DNA of 64,000 bases from Verrucomicrobiia bacterium (GCA_963664225.1 OY760937.1:384001-448000), one strand, 5' to 3'. Shown: positions 10,332 to 18,131, counted from the stretch's first letter. Notes: a model not told the origin generated them from the letters alone. A program made the numbers and translations.

Positions 10332-11786
10332 TTAAGTAAGAACCCTCTTTATTGGTTTAGTAAAGTTCGTCTTTGAATTGTTCACGGCTTCGCAAAATAT
10401 ATGTTCCCAATCTGATATGGTTAAATCTTTAAAAAGATCGGACCGGTTTGGATGACAAAATACAAATACACGACGACTTTTGTCGAGTAAATTGTCGGCA
10501 CCTTCATTATCATAAGACGGCACTACGAAATCTTTAGTTCGTTCATCTAATAACTTCATACTATTTATGGCAAACGTTTCATGTCCCGGTTTAACCGGTG
10601 TGTATTCCAGTAAAATGTCCCCTTGTTTGATAGTTGGAAGAACATGCCTAATTGCCTTTTCCAAATTATTTGCCTTTTGTAGGCATGTATCGATAGATGC
10701 GTGACTTTCATTCAAAATGCTTTGGAAAAATGTACTGGCGTTAGGTTTGGCATGTGAAACTGAAACACCAAAACGGTAAACCATTTTAAACAAAGCACGA
10801 TTTCTAAACAGGAACGGCTCTAAAAGCGAATGTAATCGAGGGTTTTTGATTGTTCGAATAATTTGATAAATATTATGAGAAACCTGATCGTCTTGCGAAA
10901 GCATTAATCTTTTTAGCTGCATTGGAGTCAGAAACTTCATTTTGCATAACAAAAATATAAGCGTCTTCATCATTGCTCCACACGCTCGCACCGTTTTGTG
11001 CCAATATACTTCGTTATACATTAGATTTCTAACTGTGATCAAAGTTGGAATATGTGATTCACTTTTTGTACTAAGGCAAATACTGGCATTTGCTTTATCA
11101 ATGTGAAGCCCAGCTAAGAACCGGTCTATGTCCAAAGCCAGACCGAAATTAACTCCACAATGGACACTATCTCGAATGAGGTAATCCATTTTATCGAGGT
11201 CAAGCACCCCGCTCAAAGCAGTTGCCATTACAGCAAAACCGCCAGGTAGCCCTTGACCTTTGATCGCCTTGCATACATCGCGAGGGTTGATGCCCCAACT
11301 CTTTTCAAGAATCTCGCGAATCTTCGTATGCATGATGAGGTGATCGGCTCGATCTTCATGTTTTTTGAGGTTTATTCCTGGTAATTGCCCAATTTCTTCA
11401 ATTAAGTGAGAAAATGGATAGTGGCCTATGTCATGCAAGAGGGCACTTGCAATTAAAAGTTTGACCATGTCGGCGGGGCTTTGCGCAAACTCATAAAACT
11501 CATCTCGTTCAAGCAATACCTTGGCATATTTTAGGCTTAGTGCGTAAGTTCCCAGAGAATGTTCAAAACGCGTGTGAACGGCTCCAGGATATACAAAATA
11601 CGTTGGACCAAGTTGACGAACTCCACGTAATCTTTGAAATTCTTGAGTTTCAATGATTTGAAGAACTTCGTTGGCAACAGGGACACTGCCTGATACAGGG
11701 ATTCTTAAAGTGCCACTGAATGTCAGGATCCTCTCCAGCGACAGGTCTTTCTTAATCGCATGCTTCGATGTGCGTTTTGGTTTCAT
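10332..11786 (-). CDS. HD-superfamily phosphohydrolase, SAMHD1/EF1143-like dNTP triphosphohydrolase family
   Basis: FQRLRGVRQLG..YFVYPGAVHTRFEHSLG, ALLHDIGHYPFSH, LDLDKMDYLIRDS, RNLMYNEVYWHKTVR. ATG at 11786 (484 aa) preferred over the upstream TTG. Confidence 0.92.
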   Translation of the reverse strand: MKPKRTSKHAIKKDLSLERILTFSGTLRIPVSGSVPVANEVLQIIETQEFQRLRGVRQLGPTYFVYPGAVHTRFEHSLGTYALSLKYAKVLLERDEFYEFAQSPADMVKLLIASALLHDIGHYPFSHLIEEIGQLPGINLKKHEDRADHLIMHTKIREILEKSWGINPRDVCKAIKGQGLPGGFAVMATALSGVLDLDKMDYLIRDSVHCGVNFGLALDIDRFLAGLHIDKANASICLSTKSESHIPTLITVRNLMYNEVYWHKTVRACGAMMKTLIFLLCKMKFLTPMQLKRLMLSQDDQVSHNIYQIIRTIKNPRLHSLLEPFLFRNRALFKMVYRFGVSVSHAKPNASTFFQSILNESHASIDTCLQKANNLEKAIRHVLPTIKQGDILLEYTPVKPGHETFAINSMKLLDERTKDFVVPSYDNEGADNLLDKSRRVFVFCHPNRSDLFKDLTISDWEHIFCEAVNNSKTNFTKPIKRVLT

Positions 11787-11941
11787 TCGTAGAGGTATTG
11801 GTGAATGACTTCGTACCAGAAAAATAAGGACGAGCAACTCTAAAATAGAAATTAATATTGTTTTATAAAACTGAGCTGTGGAAAAACCGATGGATTCGAT
11901 AAGAATGAGCAATTAAAGAAAAGAATGTATTTACCTTTGAT

Positions 11942-12736
11942 TTATATGGTTTGATTATCGTTTAATGTATTTTTAGAGCGGTGTGTGGTCATAAAAATGT
12001 GCGCATCAGGGATTGTGATCCCGTTTCCTTCCCACCAATCTCGCGTTCTTGGGACGAAATCGGTTGCTAAATTGAGTGTCCTGCCACGAATCGCCGTCCG
12101 ATAACGCTTTGATCTTCGGTTGTAACCGCCAGCCGTCACTTTCTTGCCCTCTTTGGAATACCAGGATATCTGGGGAATTGTTTTGAAACTCGTGTCGAAA
12201 CGGTAAGATGCGACCGTCAATCCTTCGATCCAATAATACACATGGCCGAAATATGCCGCATGAATCCATTTTTCCCACAGTCGGGGTGTGTAGCGATTGG
12301 CGTCAAGGGCCGGTGTCCACTGCAAAAGCCAAAGCACATAAATTCCTCGTTGGTGGTAATCAATCGTCCGGCGCATGATTGTTTCGATCGAAAGGGAACT
12401 GATCTGAACCTCGATGGCGACAGGGACGCCATTGATAATGGCGCTTACGTCAGGGCGGACAGTTTCAAGCGGTCGCTCAATGGCGACATTGTGAACGCCA
12501 GGCTCTCGCTTAAGCGCCTCGAAAATCTCCATTTTGCAGCGCCGATGTGTCTCGCTTTCACCCTCGGCAAACTTGCACGCGATCGGATTGGCGTGGGCAA
12601 AATGATTTACGCGATTTCTGCCGCATTTAAGGATCACATCCTCGTTGCATTGAGGACAGACGAACGGCGCATTCCGTTTTGATTCAAGATATGCGGTCAC
12701 GACTTGACCGTCTGATTTTCGTTTGGCGCAGAGCAT
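11942..12736 (-). CDS. CoiA-like PD-(D/E)xK nuclease with N-terminal Zn-binding motif
   Basis: CPQC...HFAH...C...ESETH followed by RPDV...AIEVQIS. Confidence 0.85.
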   Translation of the reverse strand: MLCAKRKSDGQVVTAYLESKRNAPFVCPQCNEDVILKCGRNRVNHFAHANPIACKFAEGESETHRRCKMEIFEALKREPGVHNVAIERPLETVRPDVSAIINGVPVAIEVQISSLSIETIMRRTIDYHQRGIYVLWLLQWTPALDANRYTPRLWEKWIHAAYFGHVYYWIEGLTVASYRFDTSFKTIPQISWYSKEGKKVTAGGYNRRSKRYRTAIRGRTLNLATDFVPRTRDWWEGNGITIPDAHIFMTTHRSKNTLNDNQTI

Positions 12737-12779
12737 GTTCTGAAAAATCGATCAAATTATATCACGCCGCCTGTAGGTT

Positions 12780-12812
12780 AAAAAAGGACCCCTCCCGAAA
12801 AATGGAAGGGGC
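12780..12812 (-). terminator. Probable intrinsic terminator after ardC
   Basis: Minus strand reads GCCCCTTCC-loop-GGAGGGGT-CC-TTTTTTT. Confidence 0.55.
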
Positions 12813-12817
12813 TTGAA

Positions 12818-13672
12818 TCACTCTTTGACTTCGTTGATATCGCCTGCGGACGCGCCAATGATGTAATCAGCGGCTTTTTGCGCCTGGGCTGCTGCTTGAA
12901 CCATGAGCGTCCGATCACTGCGCAACTTTACGAGCCAGTTGTTAATATACGCAGCCGAGTTATCAATCGTTCGATCCACGATCTCTGCATATCCACAGAG
13001 AAACGCGCTGCCGAGTTCGGCGATCAATTCCTCGCGGGCATACGGGTCTGATCCGAAGCCGGTGTTTTCGACAAGCGTAGCGCGATGCAACCGCGATTTG
13101 TGGCCTGTCGAATGCACCAGTTCATGAAAAATCGTCGCGTAATAGCTCGTCTCGTTGTCGAATCGGTCAGGAACCGGCATTCCGACCTCATCTGCCGATG
13201 GGGCATAGAAAGCGCGGGTCATGCCGTGTTTGATCACGGGCGGTTGCGGCATCCTCGCCACAATTTCCGCTGGTTTCGTAACCGCAATCGAAATGTCTTC
13301 CGCTGCGGGTGGTGTTTTTAACCCCTCGCATTGCGAAATGTTGAATACGTGATACACGCGGAGCAAAGGAATTTTGTGTTCCTTGCCGGTTTCGTTGTCT
13401 TCAACCTCTAACGGTTTCCAAAAAACGACCGGACATGCTTTTTCGCCTTTGCTGACTGAACCGCCAAGCTCCGTGGCCTGGTGGAATGTCAGCCAGAAAG
13501 GGGATTCGTAGCTCATGGCTATGAGCAAAAATATATTCACGCCACGATACGGTCTTTTGGTGATGAAATTCCGTGGCAAGCCGGTTTTTGCTTTCCACGG
13601 CTTATGCCAGGGAATGGTGCCTTGCTCAAGCAGGGCAATGATTCGTTCGTTGATGCGGTCATAGGCATTCAT
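12818..13672 (-). CDS. ardC: ArdC-family antirestriction / ssDNA-binding protein with zincin-like domain
   Basis: LEQGTIPWHKPW, PRN..TKRPYRGVN, WLTFHQA..LGG.V.KGEK, HELVHSTGH, YAREELIAELGSA. ATG at 13672 with GGAGG upstream. Confidence 0.92.
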   Translation of the reverse strand: MNAYDRINERIIALLEQGTIPWHKPWKAKTGLPRNFITKRPYRGVNIFLLIAMSYESPFWLTFHQATELGGSVSKGEKACPVVFWKPLEVEDNETGKEHKIPLLRVYHVFNISQCEGLKTPPAAEDISIAVTKPAEIVARMPQPPVIKHGMTRAFYAPSADEVGMPVPDRFDNETSYYATIFHELVHSTGHKSRLHRATLVENTGFGSDPYAREELIAELGSAFLCGYAEIVDRTIDNSAAYINNWLVKLRSDRTLMVQAAAQAQKAADYIIGASAGDINEVKE

Positions 13673-13755
13673 AGACCGTGATCCTCCATTGGGATGTAAT
13701 ACCGGAGATGGCGAACACGCCACAATTCGCAACGAGTGGTGCAATGAAGATCCAT
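13669..13755 (-). pseudogene. 28-codon internally deleted remnant of the 14222-14551 gene, still translationally coupled to ardC
   Basis: Translates MDLHCTTRCELWRVRHLRYYIPMEDHGL*, matching both the start (MDVHCSTCGEPWDTFHL) and the end (EDHHL*) of the 109-aa gene; its stop overlaps the ardC ATG (ATGA). Confidence 0.7.
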
Positions 13756-13813
13756 CGTATCTCCTTATGGTTATGTGGTTTGATGAAGAACTGACTCCAG
13801 TTTTGCATTATAC
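13742..13813 (-). promoter_or_regulatory. Repeated promoter/RBS unit, copy A (upstream of the mini-ORF and ardC)
   Basis: Minus strand TGGTATAAT...TGGAGTCAGTTCTTCA..AAACCACATAACCATAAGGAG-6nt-ATG. Shares exact 21-nt and 16-nt blocks with copy B. Confidence 0.75.
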
Positions 13814-13905
13814 CAGACGATGTTCGAGGACAGGTAGGGCGCGGCGGTGGTTACATTAAGTCGAGGAAAGCAGTCAAGGCGTGCAAACTTGCCGTTTGGG
13901 GCAAG

Positions 13906-13934
13906 AAAAGGAGCGACCCGAATGGATCGCCCTT
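13906..13934 (-). terminator. Probable intrinsic terminator after the 13941-14225 gene
   Basis: Minus strand GGGCGATCC-ATTC-GGGTCGCTC followed by CTTTTC. Confidence 0.5.
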
Positions 13935-13940
13935 GTGAAT

Positions 13941-14225
13941 TCAATCGCTCGGCATCATGACCTTTGTCACGGAGCGATTCGGCACTGTGATGACAAAGAA
14001 TGGCATGTCATTGTGGTCGTGATAGACCGATATGAGAATCAACCCCCTTTCGAGGTTAAGATCGTTCTCTAATCGGTCGTCACTGCTTAAATTGCCCCAA
14101 TCGCTCATTTGATGACGAATGACTGCTGAAATGATTTCATTCAGAGTCAGGCATTTAAGGGCGTTGGGTGTTACCATGAGTTGACCAAGAGGGAACTTGG
14201 CGATTGAATTGACGGCTGCGTTCAT
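13941..14225 (-). CDS. Small plasmid/ICE-associated conserved protein (paralog of 16261-16560)
   Basis: KFPLGQL..TPNA...RH..SDWG...D...N...SVY...ITV.NRSVT.VMMP pattern; ATGA overlap with the upstream gene. Confidence 0.75.
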   Translation of the reverse strand: MNAAVNSIAKFPLGQLMVTPNALKCLTLNEIISAVIRHQMSDWGNLSSDDRLENDLNLERGLILISVYHDHNDMPFFVITVPNRSVTKVMMPSD

Positions 14226-14551
14226 AGGTGATGATCCTCGAAGGTTGCAGCCAATCCCTCCTGGTCCTTGCCCAAAAGCTGTTCAAGGACTGCTTTTGTT
14301 TTTACGACCTCTGGGTTGGGTTTTGCATCCTTGGGACAGCACGGGCAACGAGTGACGTTGATCACGCTTTGCCCGAACTCCCAGCCGACCGCCCGAAATT
14401 CCTTCCGGTAACGGTCGTTTAATTTTTGAGACTGGGGAAGAAAGTCCCACGCTTCGGCTTCCTCAGCACTCAATCCTGTCTCGAATATGGCTTCGTGCCA
14501 GAGATGAAATGTATCCCATGGCTCGCCACAGGTGGAACAATGAACATCCAT
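14222..14551 (-). CDS. Small Cys-rich (probable Zn-binding) mobile-element protein
   Basis: 109 aa with CSTC and CPCC motifs; strong RBS (AAGGAG) and TATAAT upstream. Confidence 0.75.
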   Translation of the reverse strand: MDVHCSTCGEPWDTFHLWHEAIFETGLSAEEAEAWDFLPQSQKLNDRYRKEFRAVGWEFGQSVINVTRCPCCPKDAKPNPEVVKTKAVLEQLLGKDQEGLAATFEDHHL

Positions 14552-14610
14552 GATAACTCCTTATGGTTATGTGGTTTCAGTGAAGAACTGACTCCAATGA
14601 TCAATTATAC
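14538..14610 (-). promoter_or_regulatory. Repeated promoter/RBS unit, copy B
   Basis: TATAAT (14604-14609, minus strand) plus blocks CTCCTTATGGTTATGTGGTTT (14557-14577) and TGAAGAACTGACTCCA (14581-14596), identical to copy A (13761-13781 and 13784-13799). Confidence 0.75.
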
Positions 14611-14782
14611 ATTACACAGGTGCGGAGATGGATGTTGATAGCGAATATGGTCGGTTACAAATGATAGGGTGAACTTACAATATATCTTCTAGGCCCAATT
14701 CTTTTGAGGATTGAATATGTTTGACTCAGATGGGTTATCAGGATTAAAATTGCATTAACATTCTAAAAAAGAAGAGATAAAT

Positions 14783-15073
14783 ATGTCATACACATACCTG
14801 TTTGAAACTGCCAGCGAACCATTTAAATTGTCAGTTTGGACTAAAGGAAGAATTATTCAAAACTTCGATCCAAAGGTATGGAGATACGATGAGTGCGGAA
14901 ACGTCATGAGATATAGCGAACATGGCAATTCAGATTCAGAATACGGCTGGGAAATCGATCATATTATGCCCGTTGCCCTTGGCGGAACCGATGATCTGAG
15001 CAATCTCCAGCCACTTCAATGGGAAAACAATCGTAGTAAAAGCGACACGTATCCTTGGCATTGCGGACAATAG
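14783..15073 (+). CDS. HNH endonuclease
   Basis: GWEIDHIMPVALGGTDDLSNLQPLQWENNRSK; GGAG-like RBS (GAAGAG) upstream. Confidence 0.9.
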   Translation: MSYTYLFETASEPFKLSVWTKGRIIQNFDPKVWRYDECGNVMRYSEHGNSDSEYGWEIDHIMPVALGGTDDLSNLQPLQWENNRSKSDTYPWHCGQ

Positions 15074-15108
15074 TTGAAAAACGGGCAACCGTTTAAAAGT
15101 TTTTAACG

Positions 15109-15708
15109 TCATCTGAGTTGGGCAACTGTCCATCCGATGGGTTCACGGTAAAGTTCAGCGATATCTCCCATAATAAGGGAATACATTTGGACGTTGTATT
15201 CCTGATTGTCTTCGTGCTCCCGTTTGAGGCGTGCAGCCCAATTAGCGTCTCGAACAACAATTTTTGCATTACTGCAATCAAAAGGCAGTTCGTCACATTT
15301 AATTCTCCACTCGCGTTCCCAGGTAAAGTCGGAAAAAGACAATCCGTCGCGCAATTCAAACGTAACATGACGCCATTGATAACTATGAGGTAGTTCATTA
15401 TATTCCGGCGCAGGCTGATAGATCACCGGCCGACCACCTCGTTCAAAAAGCAATTTCTTGGAAACCATGATTCCGAATGGCGAATATTTGGAATAGAAAT
15501 CCTGGTTCACTAAGCCGTCTTGGAGACTGGACAATGGTGCCTCGGAAAAACACACGCATCGATGGCCTCCCTTAATCTTGTTACTGCTGCCAATTAATTT
15601 CTTATCATGAATAATCTTTTGAAGACGTTTAAAGGCTTTTTCGTCGGTTGTGTCGCGCGTAAAGTGAATTAGGTATTTGGAAATGTCTGGTCGGATCATG
15701 GAAAACAT
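15109..15708 (-). CDS. AbiGi-like protein (predicted ADP-ribosyltransferase fold)
   Basis: LIHFTR, VCFSEAPL, YSPFGI.VSK..LFERGGRPVIY, DFTWEREWR. Start uncertain (15699, 15708 or 15753). Confidence 0.7.
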   Translation of the reverse strand: MFSMIRPDISKYLIHFTRDTTDEKAFKRLQKIIHDKKLIGSSNKIKGGHRCVCFSEAPLSSLQDGLVNQDFYSKYSPFGIMVSKKLLFERGGRPVIYQPAPEYNELPHSYQWRHVTFELRDGLSFSDFTWEREWRIKCDELPFDCSNAKIVVRDANWAARLKREHEDNQEYNVQMYSLIMGDIAELYREPIGWTVAQLR

Positions 15709-15926
15709 ATCACTACAGTTTTGATAGAGAAGAAACAGAAGAATTACATTCATTCCTCATTTTATCGGCATTTGAGATGTCTTCAGAATTTTAAATGCAC
15801 TCAGAGTGCTGGATGATGCAGCTCGTTTGGCTGAGAGTGGGGTTCGAAAGCCCCCTGGGGGAGGAATCCGGCAGGGGGTTGGGGGTCGGGGAGGACGTCG
15901 CACCCCCCCCCATTTGCCAAAGCACG

Positions 15927-15953
15927 AAAAAACCCCGCTTTTTAGGCGGGGTT
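15927..15953 (-). terminator. Intrinsic terminator after the 15969-16244 gene
   Basis: Minus strand AACCCCGC-CTAAAAA-GCGGGGTT followed by TTTT. Confidence 0.7.
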
Positions 15954-15968
15954 ATTTCGTCGCTGCGG

Positions 15969-16244
15969 CTATTCCGCGCTCGTGCTTTTCTCGCGAGAAT
16001 CCGTCATCTCGCGTATATCCGTGCGAATCTCGCCGATGAAATCGGCGATTGCCTCACGGTTTCCCTCAACCTTGTCCTCAACCTCGGCAATCCGACTGTA
16101 GAGGCGGGATTCTGTCGCGTCTATGCGCTCCTCCAGCCTTTCGAAAGAGCGTGCGATGGAGATGGCGATGTCGTCGCCGTTCTTGTAAATAACGCGCTCG
16201 ATGAGTTCGAGGTCTTTCTGCGTTAAACCTGTATAATTGGTCAT
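15969..16244 (-). CDS. Small coiled-coil hypothetical protein
   Basis: 91 aa with heptad pattern FERLEERIDATESRLYSRIAEVEDKVE; lies in a minus-strand run and is followed by a terminator. Confidence 0.7.
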   Translation of the reverse strand: MTNYTGLTQKDLELIERVIYKNGDDIAISIARSFERLEERIDATESRLYSRIAEVEDKVEGNREAIADFIGEIRTDIREMTDSREKSTSAE

Positions 16245-16260
16245 GGTGTTTGTTCGTTAG

Positions 16261-16560
16261 CTAATAATCTTCGGGCAGGAGAACCGTTGTCGCGGTTCGG
16301 TCTGCCTCCGTAATGATCCAGAATTTCACGGCATTTCTGCCGTGATACACCGAAAACAGACGGCCACCGCCCCAGAGTGCGGAATCGTTGGCCTCGCTGT
16401 CCTCGGGACAAACATCGCCCCAATCACACCCTGCATGGCGTAAAAGGCTGGCATGGATGTCTTCCGGTTCAATCGTGCGCATGGCATTTGTCGTCATGAC
16501 GATCTGGCCAAGCGGGAATTTCGGATTCAGATGCCTCGACAGGAAACTGAAGTTGGTCAT
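16261..16560 (-). CDS. Small plasmid/ICE-associated conserved protein (paralog of 13941-14225)
   Basis: KFPLGQIVMTTNA...RHAGCDWGDVCPED..AN..AL..GGRLFSVY...FWIITEADRTATTVLLPEDY. Confidence 0.8.
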   Translation of the reverse strand: MTNFSFLSRHLNPKFPLGQIVMTTNAMRTIEPEDIHASLLRHAGCDWGDVCPEDSEANDSALWGGGRLFSVYHGRNAVKFWIITEADRTATTVLLPEDY

Positions 16561-16593
16561 TTTTGCGAATGAGACTGATAATGAGGCTGGGGA

Positions 16594-16791
16594 CTACTCA
16601 GCCTTTCCGAAAGAACCGCGTCGGCGGCTCTCTCCCTTGCGGATCACCTGCTTGCCTTTCTGGCCTGCGGCGATTCCGTTGCGGTAACTTTCGAGGACTT
16701 TCTCGGAAACCCATCGGACGATGGTTGCCGTATTCTCGGCTCCGTTAAGCTTCTTCAAAAGTTCCGCTTCGAACTGTTCGATGTATGACAT
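16594..16791 (-). CDS. Small hypothetical protein, first gene of the minus-strand leading-region-like run
   Basis: 65 aa MSYIEQFEAELLKKL...VSEKVLESYRNG...; the longer ORF-track extension runs through a DNA hairpin and looks non-coding. Confidence 0.65.
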   Translation of the reverse strand: MSYIEQFEAELLKKLNGAENTATIVRWVSEKVLESYRNGIAAGQKGKQVIRKGESRRRGSFGKAE

Positions 16792-17660
16792 TGAAGTTTT
16801 TGTTGGCTGATAAAGTTCGACCTTTGTGCGCGGCGTTCGTAAGACGCCTGCACTCTCGGAATGGCATCCGAAGTCAAGGTTGGGCGAGCGCGGTGGAACG
16901 CCCTCGACCGGGATGGGCTGGAACGACCTTGACCGGATGGTAAAATGGAGAGAGGGCGGCGGCGAAACGAACGAATGCGGTTTGCGATTGGGGGGGTGCG
17001 ACGGACTTCGGGGCAGCAAACAGTATGAGGCGATGAGCCGAATTCCTTTTAACGGGTTAAAAAAGTGCAAAAAGTCGTCCCGGAAACAGTTAGAATCCGT
17101 AAAGAAGCGATAGCGATAACGGGTTAAAAATCGTAAGGGCGGATCAAGCGAGCGGAGACGGTTTCTGAATACTTGGAGGATACCCCGTCACGGCTCGCCC
17201 GCCCGCCAGGACAAAGTCTTGGGACGTTTCGAGACCGGAGGGTTTCCGCCGAAAGGGGAGCGGGGAATGAGGCGGATGCCCGGAGAGTCGAAGAATACTC
17301 GCAAGTCTTTGTCCGTTCCCGCTGTGTCATTGTGTCCCAGTGTCCGGCAGTCGTTTGAACCCGTTTCTAAACTCGTTTCACTCGTTAAGGACATGTCCTT
17401 AATAGGTCGAAACTCGTCAAACCCGTCCGCCGGTGAACTCGTTTTCGCGTGAGCGATGAGGGAGGTTTTTGGCGAGCACGGCTTCCACACAAACAGCAGC
17501 CGTGCGAGCCATAAAACCGACCGAAGTCGGGGATGCCGTCAAGCGGACAAACCACGACAAAACGACGGTAAACACAGGATGCCGTTGATTCGCAGGGTAT
17601 CCCCGCCGTGGGGACAGGTGCGGGGATAGGTTCGAGGATACCCTTTTTCAAAGAGACAAC

Positions 17661-17685
17661 GGGGTTCGAATCTCGTAGTCTCCAC
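17661..17685 (+). other. tRNA-Ala/tmRNA-like 3' fragment; probable att site at the right end of an integrative element
   Basis: GGGG-TTCGAAT-CTCGT-AGTCTCC-A-C gives a T-loop, 3' T-stem and acceptor strand with U70 and discriminator A. No 5' tRNA half upstream; sits at the accessory/host boundary. Confidence 0.65.
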
Positions 17686-18131
17686 TCAATCAACGGTGCA
17701 GATTTTTGTGAAAAGATCTTCGAACATTGTCCAAAAGAGTCTGCCTCAAACGCGAGGCAAAAAGTTGGATTGCACGTTCACGACGATGTTTGCCCTCGAA
17801 AGAAAGTTCGAGCGGCGTTATACAGAGGCACCACTTCCATTATTTTATCCCAGGCAACCGCAATTTGCCCGATTTTATTGGTTGTTTTTCATTTTTATGT
17901 CCCACTCGAGACGTGGTCCACGGCATATCGACAGTGTTCCTTTTCGCCAGCTAAACACACTTTTCAGGTTGGAATAGTGGCTGGAACGGTTTTTCGACGT
18001 CAATCTTCAGGGATTTGTCTGAAAACGGTTCATTGGGAGGATTTTCCAGCGTTCCTCGCCCATCTGAACACGCCATCAGCTTCACAGGAGCGATCCTGAG
18101 ACCAAAAAAACTCAATAAAATGGGTCCAGCT

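Larger units (their letters stand above)
7079..17685. mobile_element. Right part of a putative tRNA-integrated conjugative/mobilizable element (left boundary not seen; may include the RHS locus and extend off-window)
   Basis: VirD4-like ATPase, ArdC, CoiA-like nuclease, plasmid-type small genes, AT-rich cargo and a terminal tRNA fragment. No integrase or relaxase in the window. Confidence 0.65.

Noticed and set aside
11787..11912. Hydrophobic N-terminal extension (possible TM) of the HD ORF from TTG 11912
   Set aside because: Likely translation of AT-rich intergenic/promoter DNA; family similarity begins after ATG 11786.
15839..15855. GGGGTTCGAAAGCCCCC resembles a tRNA T-arm
   Set aside because: No acceptor strand, D-arm or anticodon arm around it; treated as part of the G-tract element.
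16792..18099. ORF-track entries across the origin/att region (e.g. 17385-17693 minus, 17608-18099 plus)
   Set aside because: They overlap hairpins, iterated motifs and the tRNA fragment (WRLRDSNP is the reverse-complement translation of a tRNA end), and none looks protein-like.
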